From the human T2T-CHM13v2.0 reference genome, Homo sapiens, in the NCBI RefSeq assembly GCF_009914755.1, contig NC_060925.1: a DNA stretch of 64,000 nucleotides. One strand, 5' to 3'. The translations under genes and the position numbers were made by a program. Below are positions 17,021-30,299 of this stretch, piece after piece. A model generated the notes under the pieces. It was not told the DNA's origin. It saw only the letters and a program-made list of their open reading frames with translations, and made no database searches. Position 1 is the stretch's first letter, and the number at the start of each line of letters is the position of its first letter.

Positions 17021-19719
17021 TCTCGGCATCTTGATAGAGTTGAAATTCTAAATAGTCTGGTTCTAAACAATCTTTACTCTTTATGCACTCTTCAATATCC
17101 CAAATGCACTCCTAAGAATTTATGCATAAACAGAATTTCTACAAATCAATTATTTGAAATACACATAGGCAGTGTCAAAGTGAAGAAACTAAATTATGCA
17201 TCTCATTCTTAAGAAAAAAATTTAAAATTTATTTATATCAATTATTATATATGTTTACCATGATATATATAACATATATAGCTATATATAGTTGTCAATA
17301 TACAGCATATGTATATATCATAGTATATAATATGTATTATGATATATTGTTATGCGGTATTTTTTCATGTGTTTTTTCACTGTTAAAATCTAGATTAAAG
17401 CACATCAAAAATATCTGGTATGCTCTAATAGATGCACATCTATTACGGTTGATACACACAAAACAAATGTATTATCTTGTTTAAGATAATTCCCAACGTA
17501 ACTACTGGCAATGCTGCTAACATTTAGCAAACTGATCCTTTAATAATATTCTTCTAATGGTTAATAATGTCTGAGAAGTGTGTCTTTAGGAACTACACTT
17601 GCATGATAAAGGAGATAGTAAACCTAGAGAGAAAAGACTTGAAATTCAGAATGGGGGTTGGGAAGGTATCTTCACTTAAAATCTGCCAGGATCCATTGGA
17701 AGACCTAAGAAACATCGCTTTTCCTCTACGTGCACAGAGATCACCTCTGTAAAACAGACTCTGTCTCCCAAAGCATAAGAAATTAATCTTTTAATGCACA
17801 CAGAGAAGAGAAATTTAAAGCTAAAGTTGAATAATCAACTTAGAAAATCAAGAAAAAAAACTTCAACCTACATGGGCAGTGGCTTATGGGAAGATGACCT
17901 CTGATTAAATAATTCCTGGAACTCCCAAGCCAACCCACCCTCATAGCCACTGAAGTCTGTGGTCACTCTGAACATCCACAGGGATACATTTCCTAACTGG
18001 GCCAAATTCCTTTAATTTTAGTGTTTTGTAAGCCAGAATAGCTCCCAGGCAACTTTTCCTAATGAAAACATGCTTATTATAGAGATCTGAATTTTTGGTA
18101 GATAACCACAGCACCCCTTTTCTATTTTCTTAAAATTAGTAACTCTAAATTCCTGAATGTTCTAACTTGTTGAAAATAAGCTCTTTCACCTTAGAGGTTT
18201 AATGCAAGTCATGCAGAGTTTACAAAAATGGCAGATAATCTTTTAGTTTCATTGTTTTCTGCTGTCTTTATAGACAGTTGCAAATCAGGTCTTTCAATTT
18301 CTGAAGGAGGTAAGATGCTGGAAATCTATTTCCTTTACAATAAAAATGGGACACTTTTTTTTGTATTTTCTTAAGGTCAAAAATATATAGAATCCCAACC
18401 ACACGCAGGATAGAGATGGAAAATATGATATTGTAAAGGAGCCCAACAGGCCTATTATTTAAATGCCTCCGAGTGTAGGTCATAATAAAAAAGCTATAAC
18501 ATTTGAGGAAGATATGCCCTGTGGTAAATCCACCATATTTTATGATAACTCCTGCATCTAATAAAAGCATCATAGATTTGTCCAGTTCACACACATGGAT
18601 CTGAAAAACATCAAGAACCAGCTGAGTAGAGTAGACATACCCTCAGTGATTCCCCTCTACACCTCAATTATTCCATATCAGTGGAGGTAAAAGGCTTCTC
18701 TGTGATTTGTCTGATTTGTTTCATTTGGTGGGCTCCAGCTCCTCAACCCTCTGTTGCATCTGACAGAGGGAACACTGGGCAGGTACATGTTTGCTCAGAG
18801 GCACTCTCGCCCTTCTGCCTCCACCCATAAATCACAGTCTTTGAGGAGGCAGCCACCTCTGGGCAGAACACAGCAAGTGTTGAACTGTGAGTAATAATTT
18901 ATACCGCAGAGTAATTTCAGACCGAGAGTGAAAAAGATTTCTCGACCCTCCCAATGCTGAAAGGGGACGTAAGTCATATAATTTTATGCCAGCAACACAT
19001 GTATCATATGAAGAGGGAAATATTCTTTCGATGACCTGAGTGTTGTCATTAAAATATGTTTAGCCAAGGCTGTGGCTCAATTTGAAGCCCATTTGAGGGT
19101 ATGTGTCATACTTGGTTTCAAGCAGGACTTGAAGCCAATTTAGAGAGTGTGTGTTATGAGAAGTCTTCATGTTAGAGGTGTGAAATTTACAGTCAATAGA
19201 AAGTAACTTTCTGATTGGAACTTGGCCCAAACATTGCAATGAATGCAGTGGGAATGCCATGGGACCTGTAATATTCATCAGTGACAGATTCTGGGGTTTA
19301 AATGCTCTCTCCAACCAGAGCCAGGGCAGGCAGGATGCAGAACTGAACAAAAACCATAAGGAAAGTGTGTAAATTAATTAAGTTCTTCCCGACACTATTA
19401 TTTAAAATTTATTTTCAAAGTTGCCAGTAAACTTTTGTTCATTATAACATTGACAAGTAGATCTCCTAATATGATCCATTTTCTTTATCCTTCTCTCCTG
19501 CTTCCAATCTTCGCAATTTGGTAACTTTTGCAGTCTCATTTAGAACATCCATATCTCTAGGTGTTCTAAGATTTTTGGCATGGAAGTTATTTCAGTATCC
19601 AGGCATTAACCAAAGTCATCATGACCATTTTCAGAACTTCCACATTTACAGACTAGAGAGTCAGAAGATTTTCTCAGAATCTTGGAAATCTATCTCACCA
19701 CACTTATTCTTTACACCTT

Positions 19720-20400
19720 GATGTACAGCAGCATAAAGCCCCTGAACAATCTATCAATCTAACATATGCCTGTAGCCATACTAGACCACTCACTGGTGCC
19801 TGGATATTCCAAACATCTTAATGTTTGCGCTCCATCCAAAGACAGTTTAATGGGAAACTCTAGATAGAACAACATTGGGCATTACTTTTTTGCAAAACTC
19901 CCAGATGTTTCTAATGTGTAGACAAAACGAGAACCATCACCCAAGCCATAATTGTAACCCACACTCTAATGTACATATAAGTCACCTGAGGATCTTTTTT
20001 AAATGAAGATTTTGATCCAATAGTCTAGAAGAAACCACAAATTCTGCATTGCTAACAAGCTCCTACAGTGAGGCTGATGCTATTTACTGGTGTGTGGATC
20101 ATGTTTTATGCATCAAGGTTCTAACCTATTCTTTCAAAACTTAGCTCAAATAAGATATCTTTTGTAAACACTCTCCTTATGTTCTTAGTCAGAAGTAAGC
20201 ATCATGCTTTTTCTTTCATGTTCCCATACCTTGGTTATTGTCTTACGAATGTCCTTTAATTATTCATTTACTTGTCTGCCTTCCCTCACACAGTCATATA
20301 TGACCAATATACTGTAAGCACCTTAAGGACAAAGCAATGGCTTACTTATTTCTATTGTCATTTCCTATCACAGGTTATTGATAAATTTTATAAAGGGAAA
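19720..20400 (+). mobile_element. L2 3' fragment containing nested MER5-family insertions
   Basis: cctattctttcaaaacttagctcaaa and actgtaagcaccttaaggacaaag match L2 3'-end motifs. Confidence 0.6.
19845..20123. mobile_element. MER5A/MER5B-type hAT-Charlie DNA transposon fragments
   Basis: ctcccagatgtttctaatgtg...gagaacca; gtcacctgaggatctttttaaaatgaagattttgat...tctgcattgctaacaagctcc. Confidence 0.7.
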
Positions 20401-20593
20401 GAAAGAAAAAGGAAGAGAAGAATTTAAGAGCATCCTTGTCTCTCTTAATCACTTCTAAGTATTTACCACAAAGTAAAGACAGGTTCACAATAGCTTAATT
20501 TCACACTGTAATAATTCTGCTGAATCTATTACTGATTTTGTGTGTTCATCAGTTAAAGGGACTTCTGAAAGAATTTTTCAGCCTTGGAGAAGT

Positions 20594-20700
20594 GTTTCAA
20601 TTAGCTACTGCTATGTAACGAATCACTACAAAATTCAGCAGCTGAAAAATAAATAAATATTTATTATTGCTTACAAAGAATGGTTCAGCTGGTTGGCAGT
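20594..20700 (-). mobile_element. MLT1-family MaLR LTR fragment
   Basis: ttagctactgctatgtaacgaatcactacaaaattcagcagctgaaaa...atttattattgcttaca. Confidence 0.6.
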
Positions 20701-20757
20701 AGGATTTAATAAAGAGTTTAATAAGTACCCCTTTCTCTCATAAGAGTATAGCACTTC

Positions 20758-21660
20758 AATGCAAATTTAAACCACAATGAGATATCATGTCACCTCGATT
20801 AGAATGGCTATTATTGAAAAGACAAAAAATAACAGATACTGGCATGGATGTGGCAAAATGGGAACACTTATAGGCTGTCAGTGGGAATGTAAATTACATT
20901 TACAGCCATGATGGAAAAACTGTATGGAGATTTCTCAAAAAACTAAAAGTAGAACTACCATATGATCCCAGAATAATCTCACTACTGGGTATTTATCCAA
21001 AGGAAGTGAAAGCACTATGTTGAAGAGTTATCTGCATGTTCATGTTTATTGCAGCACTATTCACAATAGCCAAGATGTGGAATCAATACAAATGTCCATC
21101 AGCAAATGAATGGATAAAGAAAATGTGGTTTATATACACAATGGAATACTATTCAGCCTTAAAAAAGAATAAAATTCTGTCATTTGCAGTAACATAGATG
21201 AACCCAGAGGACATTATGTTAAGTAAAATTAGCAGGCACAGAAAGATAAATACTGCATGATATCACTCATGGAATCTAAAAGAAAAAAAAACTGATTTCA
21301 TGGAAGTAGAGTAGAATAGTGGTTACTAGAGGCTGGTAAGGGGAGGGTGGTGGGGGTTGGGGGGCAACAGGGAGAGACTGGTCAATGGCTATAAAATTAT
21401 AGTTAGATAAGAGGAATAAATTCTGGTATTCTATTGCATAGTACAGTGACTGTAGTTAACATTATATTGCATATTTCAAAATAACTGGAAGAGAGGATTT
21501 TTTAATGTTCCTACCACAAAGGAATGATAAACGCTTGAGGTGATAGATATGCTAATTACCTTGATTTGATCTTTATATGATGTCTACAAATATTGAAGCA
21601 TCATCCTGTACCCCAAAAATGTGTACAATTATCACGTGTCCATTAAAAATAAAATAAAAA
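20758..21660 (+). mobile_element. 5'-truncated L1MA (MA4-MA6-like) 3' end
   Basis: ORF2 C-terminus atgcaaatttaaaccacaatgagatatc and an L1MA 3'UTR ending in aaaaataaaataaaaa. Degenerate TSD aagagtatagcacttca / aagagcattgtgcttca. Confidence 0.9.
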
Positions 21661-21889
21661 AGAGCATTGTGCTTCAGTTACAATTCTTTATCAATTACTG
21701 AGTTGATACAAATTCCATTCTGCATGGTGATTAACCTACTACTTTATACATGCATCACGTATTGGGCAAGTTAAGTTTGTTTTTTGAAGAATACTGTTGA
21801 ATAAGTTTTATTATTTTATCTATGTAAATGAAATAGAACAGACACTATGTATCAAACTGATCCCAATAATACCAAAATTAACGAACTTA

Positions 21890-21916
21890 TCTCTCTCTCT
21901 CTCTCTCTCTCTCTCT
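21890..21916 (+). repeat. (TC)n microsatellite
   Basis: Read directly. Confidence 0.95.
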
Positions 21917-23689
21917 TTCAAGAAGACATTCAGATTCAGTTACTAGATGTTTTTATATAACCAAACATAAATCTTTCTCTTGGAAAAACTTCTGTATTTA
22001 AAAATATTTCTGTCTAATCCTGTCAGAATATCTAAAATTCCAAGCAAGATATCTAAAATTCCTTTGTGTATTAAAATGCAAATATTACTTGAGAAGATTA
22101 ATGTGTGGTTTAATTACTACCCACTAATGGCTTAATTTGAGTTTTTAAATTTTACACATGTGGATGGAATCTTGAAGGAAAGGAATCTATAACATATAGA
22201 TACCTTTAGATTAGAGTGGAACATCCTCCACAAACACCCCCTAAGAAGAAAGGCCAGAAAAAAAAATTCCGTTGAGAAGTAATTCAGAATCTCAAAGAAA
22301 CTGAGGATCACAGTGAGGCTACCGGGTTGCACAGAAGCAGACGGTGGAGCTGAATGGTGCTCAAGAAAAATAAGAGGTGAATAAAGTGGGCAAAGGTAAA
22401 GTAATGCAGAGAAATCAGCCTCCTGTTACACAGTCCCAGCATTTAAGTAACAATTTCCTAGGCTTTATACATTACAGGAATGATTATTTTTCACCGGAAA
22501 TCTATTGGTTTTGTAATTATCAGCCACCAAGACAGCATTTTCTGATATTTTCAGCTTGGAGACCTAGAATTTATATTTACTATAGAGACAAATTTATCTT
22601 ATTTTATCCTCCTTCACCTTCTTTTTTTATCTTATTATAGTATTGCACTACCTCTTTCTCATATGTTGTCTTTTTCATTCTTCCTACCCCTTCCTTGCCC
22701 CTTCTATTAGTCTCTCACAGTTATAAAAGCAAGGTGATCTCTGGGGGAAAGGAGAAAAATGACAGAACAAGTGAAGCACAAACAGCTCCCTTAGAAAGGT
22801 CATAAGGACTTTTAAGTAGAAATGTCATTATTACTTTGCCACAAAAATAATAAACCTAAACTGTCTGCCCTAGAGGTGAAGTCTACCCTTCTGGGGTTGG
22901 AAGAAAGGCTCCTTTTATGGTTTGACTTTTAATCTAGGATTGTGTTTGGAAAATGTCTTAATCTATTATTCTCCCCAGACACTGCTTCAGAAATGCAGTG
23001 TCTCACTTGGCTTTGCCTTCATTAGTTAATTATCCCCAGGATGAGACAAATGCAGGAGGCAGCCAGAGTTCTTTCATTTTCCCTTCCCTAGGCCATTCAA
23101 ATCTCTGGTTGACTCCACCTAACAATTCTGATTGGCGAAGTAGCCAGCGTCCAGAAAAACATTAGATAAGTATGCTGGTTTCCGGCATCCCCTCCCTTGC
23201 CCCCACATCCCCCCACCAGGCTTAACATTTTGCAGGCTTGTGATCCATTAGCATCTCTTTCTTTTTGTCTCTCTCATAGCAGAGACCAAAAAAGAAAAAA
23301 AAAGCTGATGAGTAGAAGACAAGAACCTAGTAAGATGAAGCAGTAAAGGAGAACAGATCTTTATCTTTACATGTTATATGTACATTAGTGCCTTCTCCTA
23401 TAACCTCGGTCTATTATTTTTTCGTAATCTTGGTTAAGAATTAATGGTGGACAGAAAGGATGATACTTTTCGGTCCTCTTTCTCAAAAATAGCAAAGAAC
23501 TATCCTCCCTGACTTGTTGTCTGGAAGAAAATGGTCAACATTAACCCAAACACCCAGAGACAAAATCAGGGGAAAGCTGATAAGGTCTAAAACAGGAGGA
23601 TCCCACGTTTAAAAGCACTAGTCAAACTGTGGTCAGTTTGGCAATAAATGTCTCATTTGAGGACAGACATCCAAGCTTTCATACGGTGC

Positions 23690-23885
23690 TGCCACTTAAT
23701 ACCAATGCTGCCATACTGTGTGAGTTTGGACCAGTTAGGGATTCCTTCTTTCCTTAGCTTTCACATCTATAAAATGAGTATAATACTTCATTGGGATATT
23801 ATGAATATTAAAGAGATAATGACTATAAGTGTCTGCCACATGGTAAGCACTCAGTAAATGGCATTTATTATTACTTTTATTATTA
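23690..23885 (+). mobile_element. MIR SINE
   Basis: ctgtgtgagtttggaccagtta...tcacatctataaaatgag...cacatggtaagcactcagtaaatg. Confidence 0.8.
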
Positions 23886-23899
23886 TCCTTATAACTACT

Positions 23900-24520
23900 T
23901 CTGTATTCCTTGGAGTATAGGCTAGAACTAACCAATAAATCCAAAAACATGGTGGATGTAAGAGAAGTTGATTTATCTCTCTCCAAGCAATGGAGAGAGG
24001 AGTAGTCCAGGGTAAGGGGTGTAGCTCTGCTCCCAGAGGTCATCCAGGGTCTCAGGTTTCTTCTAGCATGTGTGTCAGTCATTTTCTAAGATCTGGTTAT
24101 TTCAAGTGCAGAGTCCTGGACTATCAACAACAGCATCACCAGGGAACTTGTTAAAAATGTGAAAGCTCAAGACTCACCCAGATTTTCTGAATTAGAATCC
24201 ATATTTTAAGATTCTTTGGTAAACAAATTAATGTTCGAGAAGTACTGCTTTAGGACATTAACCTCACCTGCTTGATTAGAGTTGGCCCCATCAGGAGCAC
24301 ATCCAAGAAAAGCAGAGAGACTAAGCAATTTCCTTTTAAGAGGATGTCTTGGAGAACAAACATATCACTTCCAGTCACACTGACCATGCCTAGCTGCAAG
24401 GGAGGCTGAGTGATATAGTCTATTGCTGGATAGCAACATGCCAAGCTCCAACTTAGATCTGAGGGAAGAAAGAAAGGGAGAAGACAAGAATAAAGGAGGA
24501 CCACTCACAGTCTTTGCCAA
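23900..24520 (-). mobile_element. MLT1J/K-like MaLR LTR with a nested MER5-type element
   Basis: catgcctagctgcaagggaggctgag and gtcatccagggtctcaggtttcttc are MLT1 antisense motifs. Confidence 0.65.
24090..24252. mobile_element. MER5-family DNA transposon
   Basis: ttcaagtg...cagcatcaccagggaacttgttaaaaatg...ctgaattagaatc...gttcgagaagtactgct. Confidence 0.75.
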
Positions 24521-24984
24521 AATTGTTATAATTGTTTTGCTGTAGTTATTATTAAAATGAAGGATGGGATAATATGGTCATAGAACAGATTTAACTTTCC
24601 CACAATAGAAAAAACATATACAGCACTACTTTAGCCTGTATACTGCTAAGCTATTCAGACACAAACTTACCAAAAAAATAATAGAAAAAAAGTTTTCAAA
24701 CTACCACCAATGTGCTGTCTTTTTAAAGTCACGAATAGGCAAATTTTAATACAAAAATATGCATTTAGCAGGAACCAAGATACTTTGTTTTTTAAGGTGT
24801 ATAAAATTCACAAAGAACATTTTGATACAATTTTTAAAAGTGGCACTTCTCTTTGGATAGTGGAAAGTTCTTATGGAAAACTCTACATCTGATCACTAGG
24901 AAGACATATATATCAATGGGCCCCTAAACGATACACAGAGAACCAAAGAAAAAGAGGCAAAGGGGACTGATAATAATGATTGTA

Positions 24985-25260
24985 AGAATGAGTAGCTAAT
25001 GCCAACTGCCCATCCAACAAGCCCCAAAATCTGAATGGCTTTAGCATAGCAAAGGTTTATTTCTTGCTCGTGAACGTTCCATGTGGGATAGGTAGTCTTA
25101 CACCATCTAGTAGAAATGTTTTCTAGTAGATAGCTTCTAAGGTTGTCACAACAAGAGAAGAGAAAAAGGAAGGAGGCATATTGCCATGTAACTGCCTTGG
25201 CCTAGACTGTCTCTAACAGTAAGTACAATGATGTATAATTTGCGAGCATACAGAAGAGAA
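24985..25260 (-). mobile_element. Old MLT1 LTR fragment
   Basis: caacaagccccaaaatctgaatggcttta...aaaggtttatttcttgctc. Confidence 0.55.
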
Positions 25261-25779
25261 AGTAGAATTAAGTAAAACAATTATCCCTTATGTTACACCT
25301 AACATAAATTACCTCACACTAGTCTTTTCTTTTACACCTAGATTTCCCTACACTTAAAATTCCCATTGAGTTGGAGACTTCTAGAAGTAATTTAAGTCGG
25401 CAAACATTCCTTTTGTTAGGAATGCACCCTCACTTCCAAATCAGAGAATACCTCACTTAAAATCCCAACAAATATTTGAAACTTTAGTCAGAAAACACAG
25501 TGGTTCATGTCTGGTTTTGTTTTGGAAATTTAATTTTTTTTTTTTGACATTTCTGTGAAGTTACTTTTTATAAAGGGAACTCATTTTAGAGGCAAGGGCC
25601 TAGGCTAAGAGTGGGAACCCAGGCTCTTTCTTTATTAGCTGGGAGTGGCTGGCTACACTCTGATGAGTCTGTTTCCTAATACAGTAAACAAGACAGAAGG
25701 ACAGATGATCCACTACAACACTTAAATTTCAAGAATTTTGCATTAATAAAAGACAGATGGAAAATTAACCCCTGGGTAA

Positions 25780-26087
<308 letters not shown>

Positions 26088-27829
26088 TCAAGTTCAATTC
26101 TTATATCTGCCTTCTAGAAAAAAATCTATAATATTCAAATTGAGGAACTTTTTTTTCCTACCTTATTTTAAAAGTTCTATACAGGTCAGGAAAGAAAAAT
26201 CAACCATATAAGAGCAGTAACCCACAATTTTGATAGTTATGCATTATACAATAGTCGTGAGCTATTGCCTAACATTTTTTTGAAAAGGATTAATTTTAAA
26301 TTAAGCACAACCCACAAACTAGAATTGGACAGCCAATGATTGCAACTCAAAATCATTGCTAGTATCATTGAACAGCAAACAGCCAGCTTATCACAAACAG
26401 CTATGCCTCATATTATAGACTAGATAGATATATTCCTAAAAAGCAAGCTTTAAAGAAAATTTAAGTAAATCAAATTTGATTTTTCGCATTGATTTCCATT
26501 TAGTTATAAAAGCCAGAATGAATAAATATCTTCTACTTGAGTATTGGTCACAACTAACTTCCCTCTCGATGTTTTTCAGATGTTTCATTCAACAAATATA
26601 TGTTCCTGACACTATTTTATGTACCATAAATTTTAGTTTCATGTCTGCATTTGCGGGAAGACAAAAGTAAGAAGTCCTCATCTCAGGCACTTTCTATTTT
26701 TTATTTCTCATCACTGCCTGTTTTGTTTTTATTGTTGTTCTTGTTTTTTTGTTTTGTTGGGAGTGAGGGTGGTCTCTTTTTTATAATTGTATATCACAGC
26801 TTTCTAAGGGTTCCTCATGGAATATTTATATATATATATGTATGTTATATATGTATACATATATGTATTTCTTGTAAAATAAGCCTTTCTTACCCTCAGC
26901 TTACAATATCTTCAAGACAACATGATTATATCCAATAATTATTGACATCCTTTCCAACTTTTGTACCCAAGACCTTAATCTGTCAATATAGGTTTATTTA
27001 AATACAAGACTGAGCCCCATAGCCACAGCCTAGGTACTGCTTCACCAAAATATGTTCCTAAAAGGATGCTTAGAAAACCCATCCAGTAATGACAGTTTAT
27101 TTCTAATGCTACGTCAATTTATTTTTCCAAACAGGTTCTCATACTCTGTGGTACCCTCACAGTAGCTCCGGGAGGTTGGGCAGGTCTGTTTAACCACGTT
27201 TGGAAGACAAGGAAGAAACCTGAGATAAAAGGGAGCGAGATAAATGTCCTCGTGTCATATAGTAAGCTGACTTGAAGAAAAGATCATTTAAACACCTTGT
27301 CCAGTGGCTGGTGTCAGCAGAAGGTCAGTAAGCATTAGCTGAATCTTCACAGCTGCCTTAGCACCTCACTTTATGTCCCCATGACACCTTTGGAGTTACG
27401 TGTATATGTCTGTGAGTGAGTGTGTGTGTAGAGCGCTGATGTGTTTTTTCTTATCAAAAAGCCAAAGTGATATTTATGATCAGACCATGATTTAGAAAAG
27501 ATACATTTGACCCATATCCAGTTCCAGAACTGAAGTAATTTCTTTGATCATCTACCTTTAATTACTACATTTTCATATCACCTCAACTCTCACAGTGGCA
27601 TTGACAGGGAACGCTGGAGTTGCATTCCTGGTTGCCATCGGAGACAAGCCACCCTGTCTGGAGGATGCCTCTCATAACGTTATTTTTTACTCCATCTCAT
27701 AAAGCCTGTTCTGTATAAATATATTTTAATTAATTAATAAACAGGATGTAATGAATTCTGGCAGGGTGACATTTGAGCACAAAGTGAGGGGCTTAGGCAG
27801 ATCCTGACATGTGTTAGCCAGGAAAACAC

Positions 27830-27876
27830 CCCACACACATATATACACACACATACACACTCTCTCACACACACTC
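27830..27876 (+). repeat. Imperfect (CA)n repeat
   Basis: Read directly. Confidence 0.85.
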
Positions 27877-28539
27877 ATGCTCAAAAAGAGTCTTTTTATT
27901 CATTGGAGATACTATGTAATAAGGAGTTTCAGAAGGTTAATTTGACATTTGAGAGGAACTAGGCAAGAAATACAGAGGTACAGCAGAGGCAAATGTTCCG
28001 CAAGAGTTGGTTATGATCAATAGTGGTGCATCTATATTTTAGAACTAAAAACACTAGACAACACTAGAACTGATTGTTTCTAGTAAACCTGAAATGGCTC
28101 ATAAATAAATCCACTTTTTGAGAAAAGAGTTTTATTGTTTCTTACCAGAGTGTTCTCTAGTAAACCCTATCTTGGTATTCAGTGATAGGAATATGGGGAC
28201 TTACTTGGCACATTGGTGTATTCAATAAATATTAGTTGCATCTTCATAGAATCAACATTTCCTAAAGCACATCAATCTTGATTTTGAAGATCTTGAATGT
28301 CCCCACTGTAGCAATTCTTGTCCTCAAGCTGTGCATATGTGAAATGTTCTGGATACATAGTTGGTAATTCAGCTCAATATTGGTAAACTATTTGGTATAA
28401 AATCTAGATAAGAAAAATTGCTTTTATTGTTGGAGAACCTTCCTTATTACTTCTCTATGTACTTTAAAAGTTTATTTTTTCCATAAGAAAAACTCTTTCA
28501 TATTTTAAATTTCAATTTAGATATTCCTCTACTTCAGCT

Positions 28540-28682
28540 TGTAATACTACATACTGTAATTACACTTCCTTCCTCCCTAGCTATACTCTGAGCTCCTCTA
28601 TGGAAGAGTCTGTCTTACTCATTTTGTTTCCTTATTGTCTGAATATCAAATGTTCCTGACATGTTTATCAAATGAATGAAAA
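28540..28682 (+). mobile_element. L2 3' terminus
   Basis: ctctgagctcctc...gtctgtcttactcattttg...aaatgaatgaa tail. Confidence 0.6.
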
Positions 28683-28994
28683 TTTTATCTCAATTGTATT
28701 TTTCAGGTCAGCATTATTACTTGAACTCTTGCATTCAAATTTCCTCCTGTTATTTAAGAAGGCTTTAGAAATATTGTCAGCCTTAAGCAAAATTAAAAAA
28801 CGAGTGATGTATCTTGAGTCCCTTCCATCAACCTTTCTATTCCTCACCCAAGGCCTGTTATCTAACCTGGTTTCTCATCACTTAGTTTTCTAAAGTGCTT
28901 AGGATGCTGCCCTTTAGCCATAAAAATGCTCCTCCGAACTCCGTGCTGTATTACTTCCCAAACATTAACACCACTGGCACCAAAAGTGATGCAG

Positions 28995-29075
28995 GGGTGT
29001 GACTGAGGGCAGATCACTTCCTCTGTGAACCTCAGTTCTCTCCTCTGCAAAAGGTAAGTAACAACTGTGTTGCCA
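28995..29075 (+). mobile_element. MIR core fragment
   Basis: gtgtgactgagggcagatcacttcctctgtgaacctcagttctc. Confidence 0.6.
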
Positions 29076-29213
29076 AGAGTTCCATTCTTTTGAGTTGAAC
29101 CAAACATTTACATTCCTGGATTGTCCTGGCAGAACAAGTTTAGGCCATTAACCTAACCATGGTCTGCTTTCAGCTTTTTGCATATGGAAAATCATACATA
29201 TTAAAAAAAAGCC

Positions 29214-29271
<58 letters not shown>
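29214..29271 (+). repeat. Compound (TA)n(CA)n(TA)n microsatellite
   Basis: About 58 bp of uninterrupted purine-pyrimidine alternation. Confidence 0.95.
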
Positions 29272-29649
29272 ATTAATGATTATCCTGCAGCCAACTTTAC
29301 TTACATAGAATTTCAAGACCGTAATCTGCTATCTTTTCCAAAGTCCTTGTTTCCAACAGATTTGTTAAATGCTTAAAAGAATGGCCATCTGGCCATCACA
29401 TATTAAGCGCCACAAAAGTATTGACTAAATACAATTGACTTCAAAACTTTGAATAGCCTATATTCAGATACATATGATACATATGAGAATTAATATTTAT
29501 AATAAAAGTTACCTAATCATAATACAGAAAATTTGGAAACCAGAAAAAGAAGGAAAATCATTGAATTTCATCACTATTAATATTTTATATTATTCCTTAA
29601 TATTTTTCTGAAATATTATAGACAGAGAAAACAAGATTATCATGATCTT

Positions 29650-29795
29650 CACTGCCACCATGTAGAGCACAATGTAAGTGCTTCACTGTGATTATTTCAT
29701 ATAATTCTCACAATCTACTTATGAAGTAGATACTATTAAATTTCCCATTTCATCCTTAGTCTGATTTCAGAGCCTGGGTATTTGACCACTGTAAT
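29650..29795 (-). mobile_element. MIR fragment
   Basis: ttatttcatataattctcacaatc...atgaagtagatactatt...cccatttc. Confidence 0.65.
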
Positions 29796-29798
29796 AAT

Positions 29799-30244
29799 TG
29801 TGGCAGAGACAAAGTATTTTCCCCCATAAAAATCTGTCTTTGCCTTCCTTAATGTAGCATTATTGTTGCAAAGCAGCCTTCCAGCGAGCAAAGCCACATT
29901 CTCCAATGCACTTGTCCAGGTGGGATCGTGTAGCTAGTTCTTGCCCATAGAATTTGATTAGGAGGGGGTTGTGTCACTTCAGGCCTGAGGTGAGCAGTAG
30001 GTGTCGCTTTCGGTCTTGCCTTTCATTTCATTGAGGTGAAACTAATGAACCCCATGGTCCTGGAGGAGATGGTGGAGTTATGGAATAGAAGGAGCTTGAA
30101 TCCCTGAATCACCTAGAAGGTTCTCCTCCAAGCACCAGCACTGAACTACTGTGAACTTGTATGAGTGAGAAATGACCTTTTATTATAAAACCACTGAAAT
30201 GTCAGAGTTTGTCTATTATTTTCATTAATACCTTAAATAATACA
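29799..30244 (+). mobile_element. MLT1J-like MaLR solo LTR
   Basis: tgtggcagagac...aaggagcttgaatccctgaatcacc...tgagtgagaaat...aaccactgaaatgtcagagtttg...aataca. Confidence 0.75.
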
Positions 30245-30299
30245 CTAATACTATATACTGACATACACTTCCAAGAAGGTACATTTGTAAACATACTGA

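Noticed and set aside
18268-18610. 108-aa minus-strand ORF preceded by an acceptor-like tgtttttcag
   Set aside because: Composition resembles random AT-rich DNA, no domain is recognisable, and I found no convincing partner exon.
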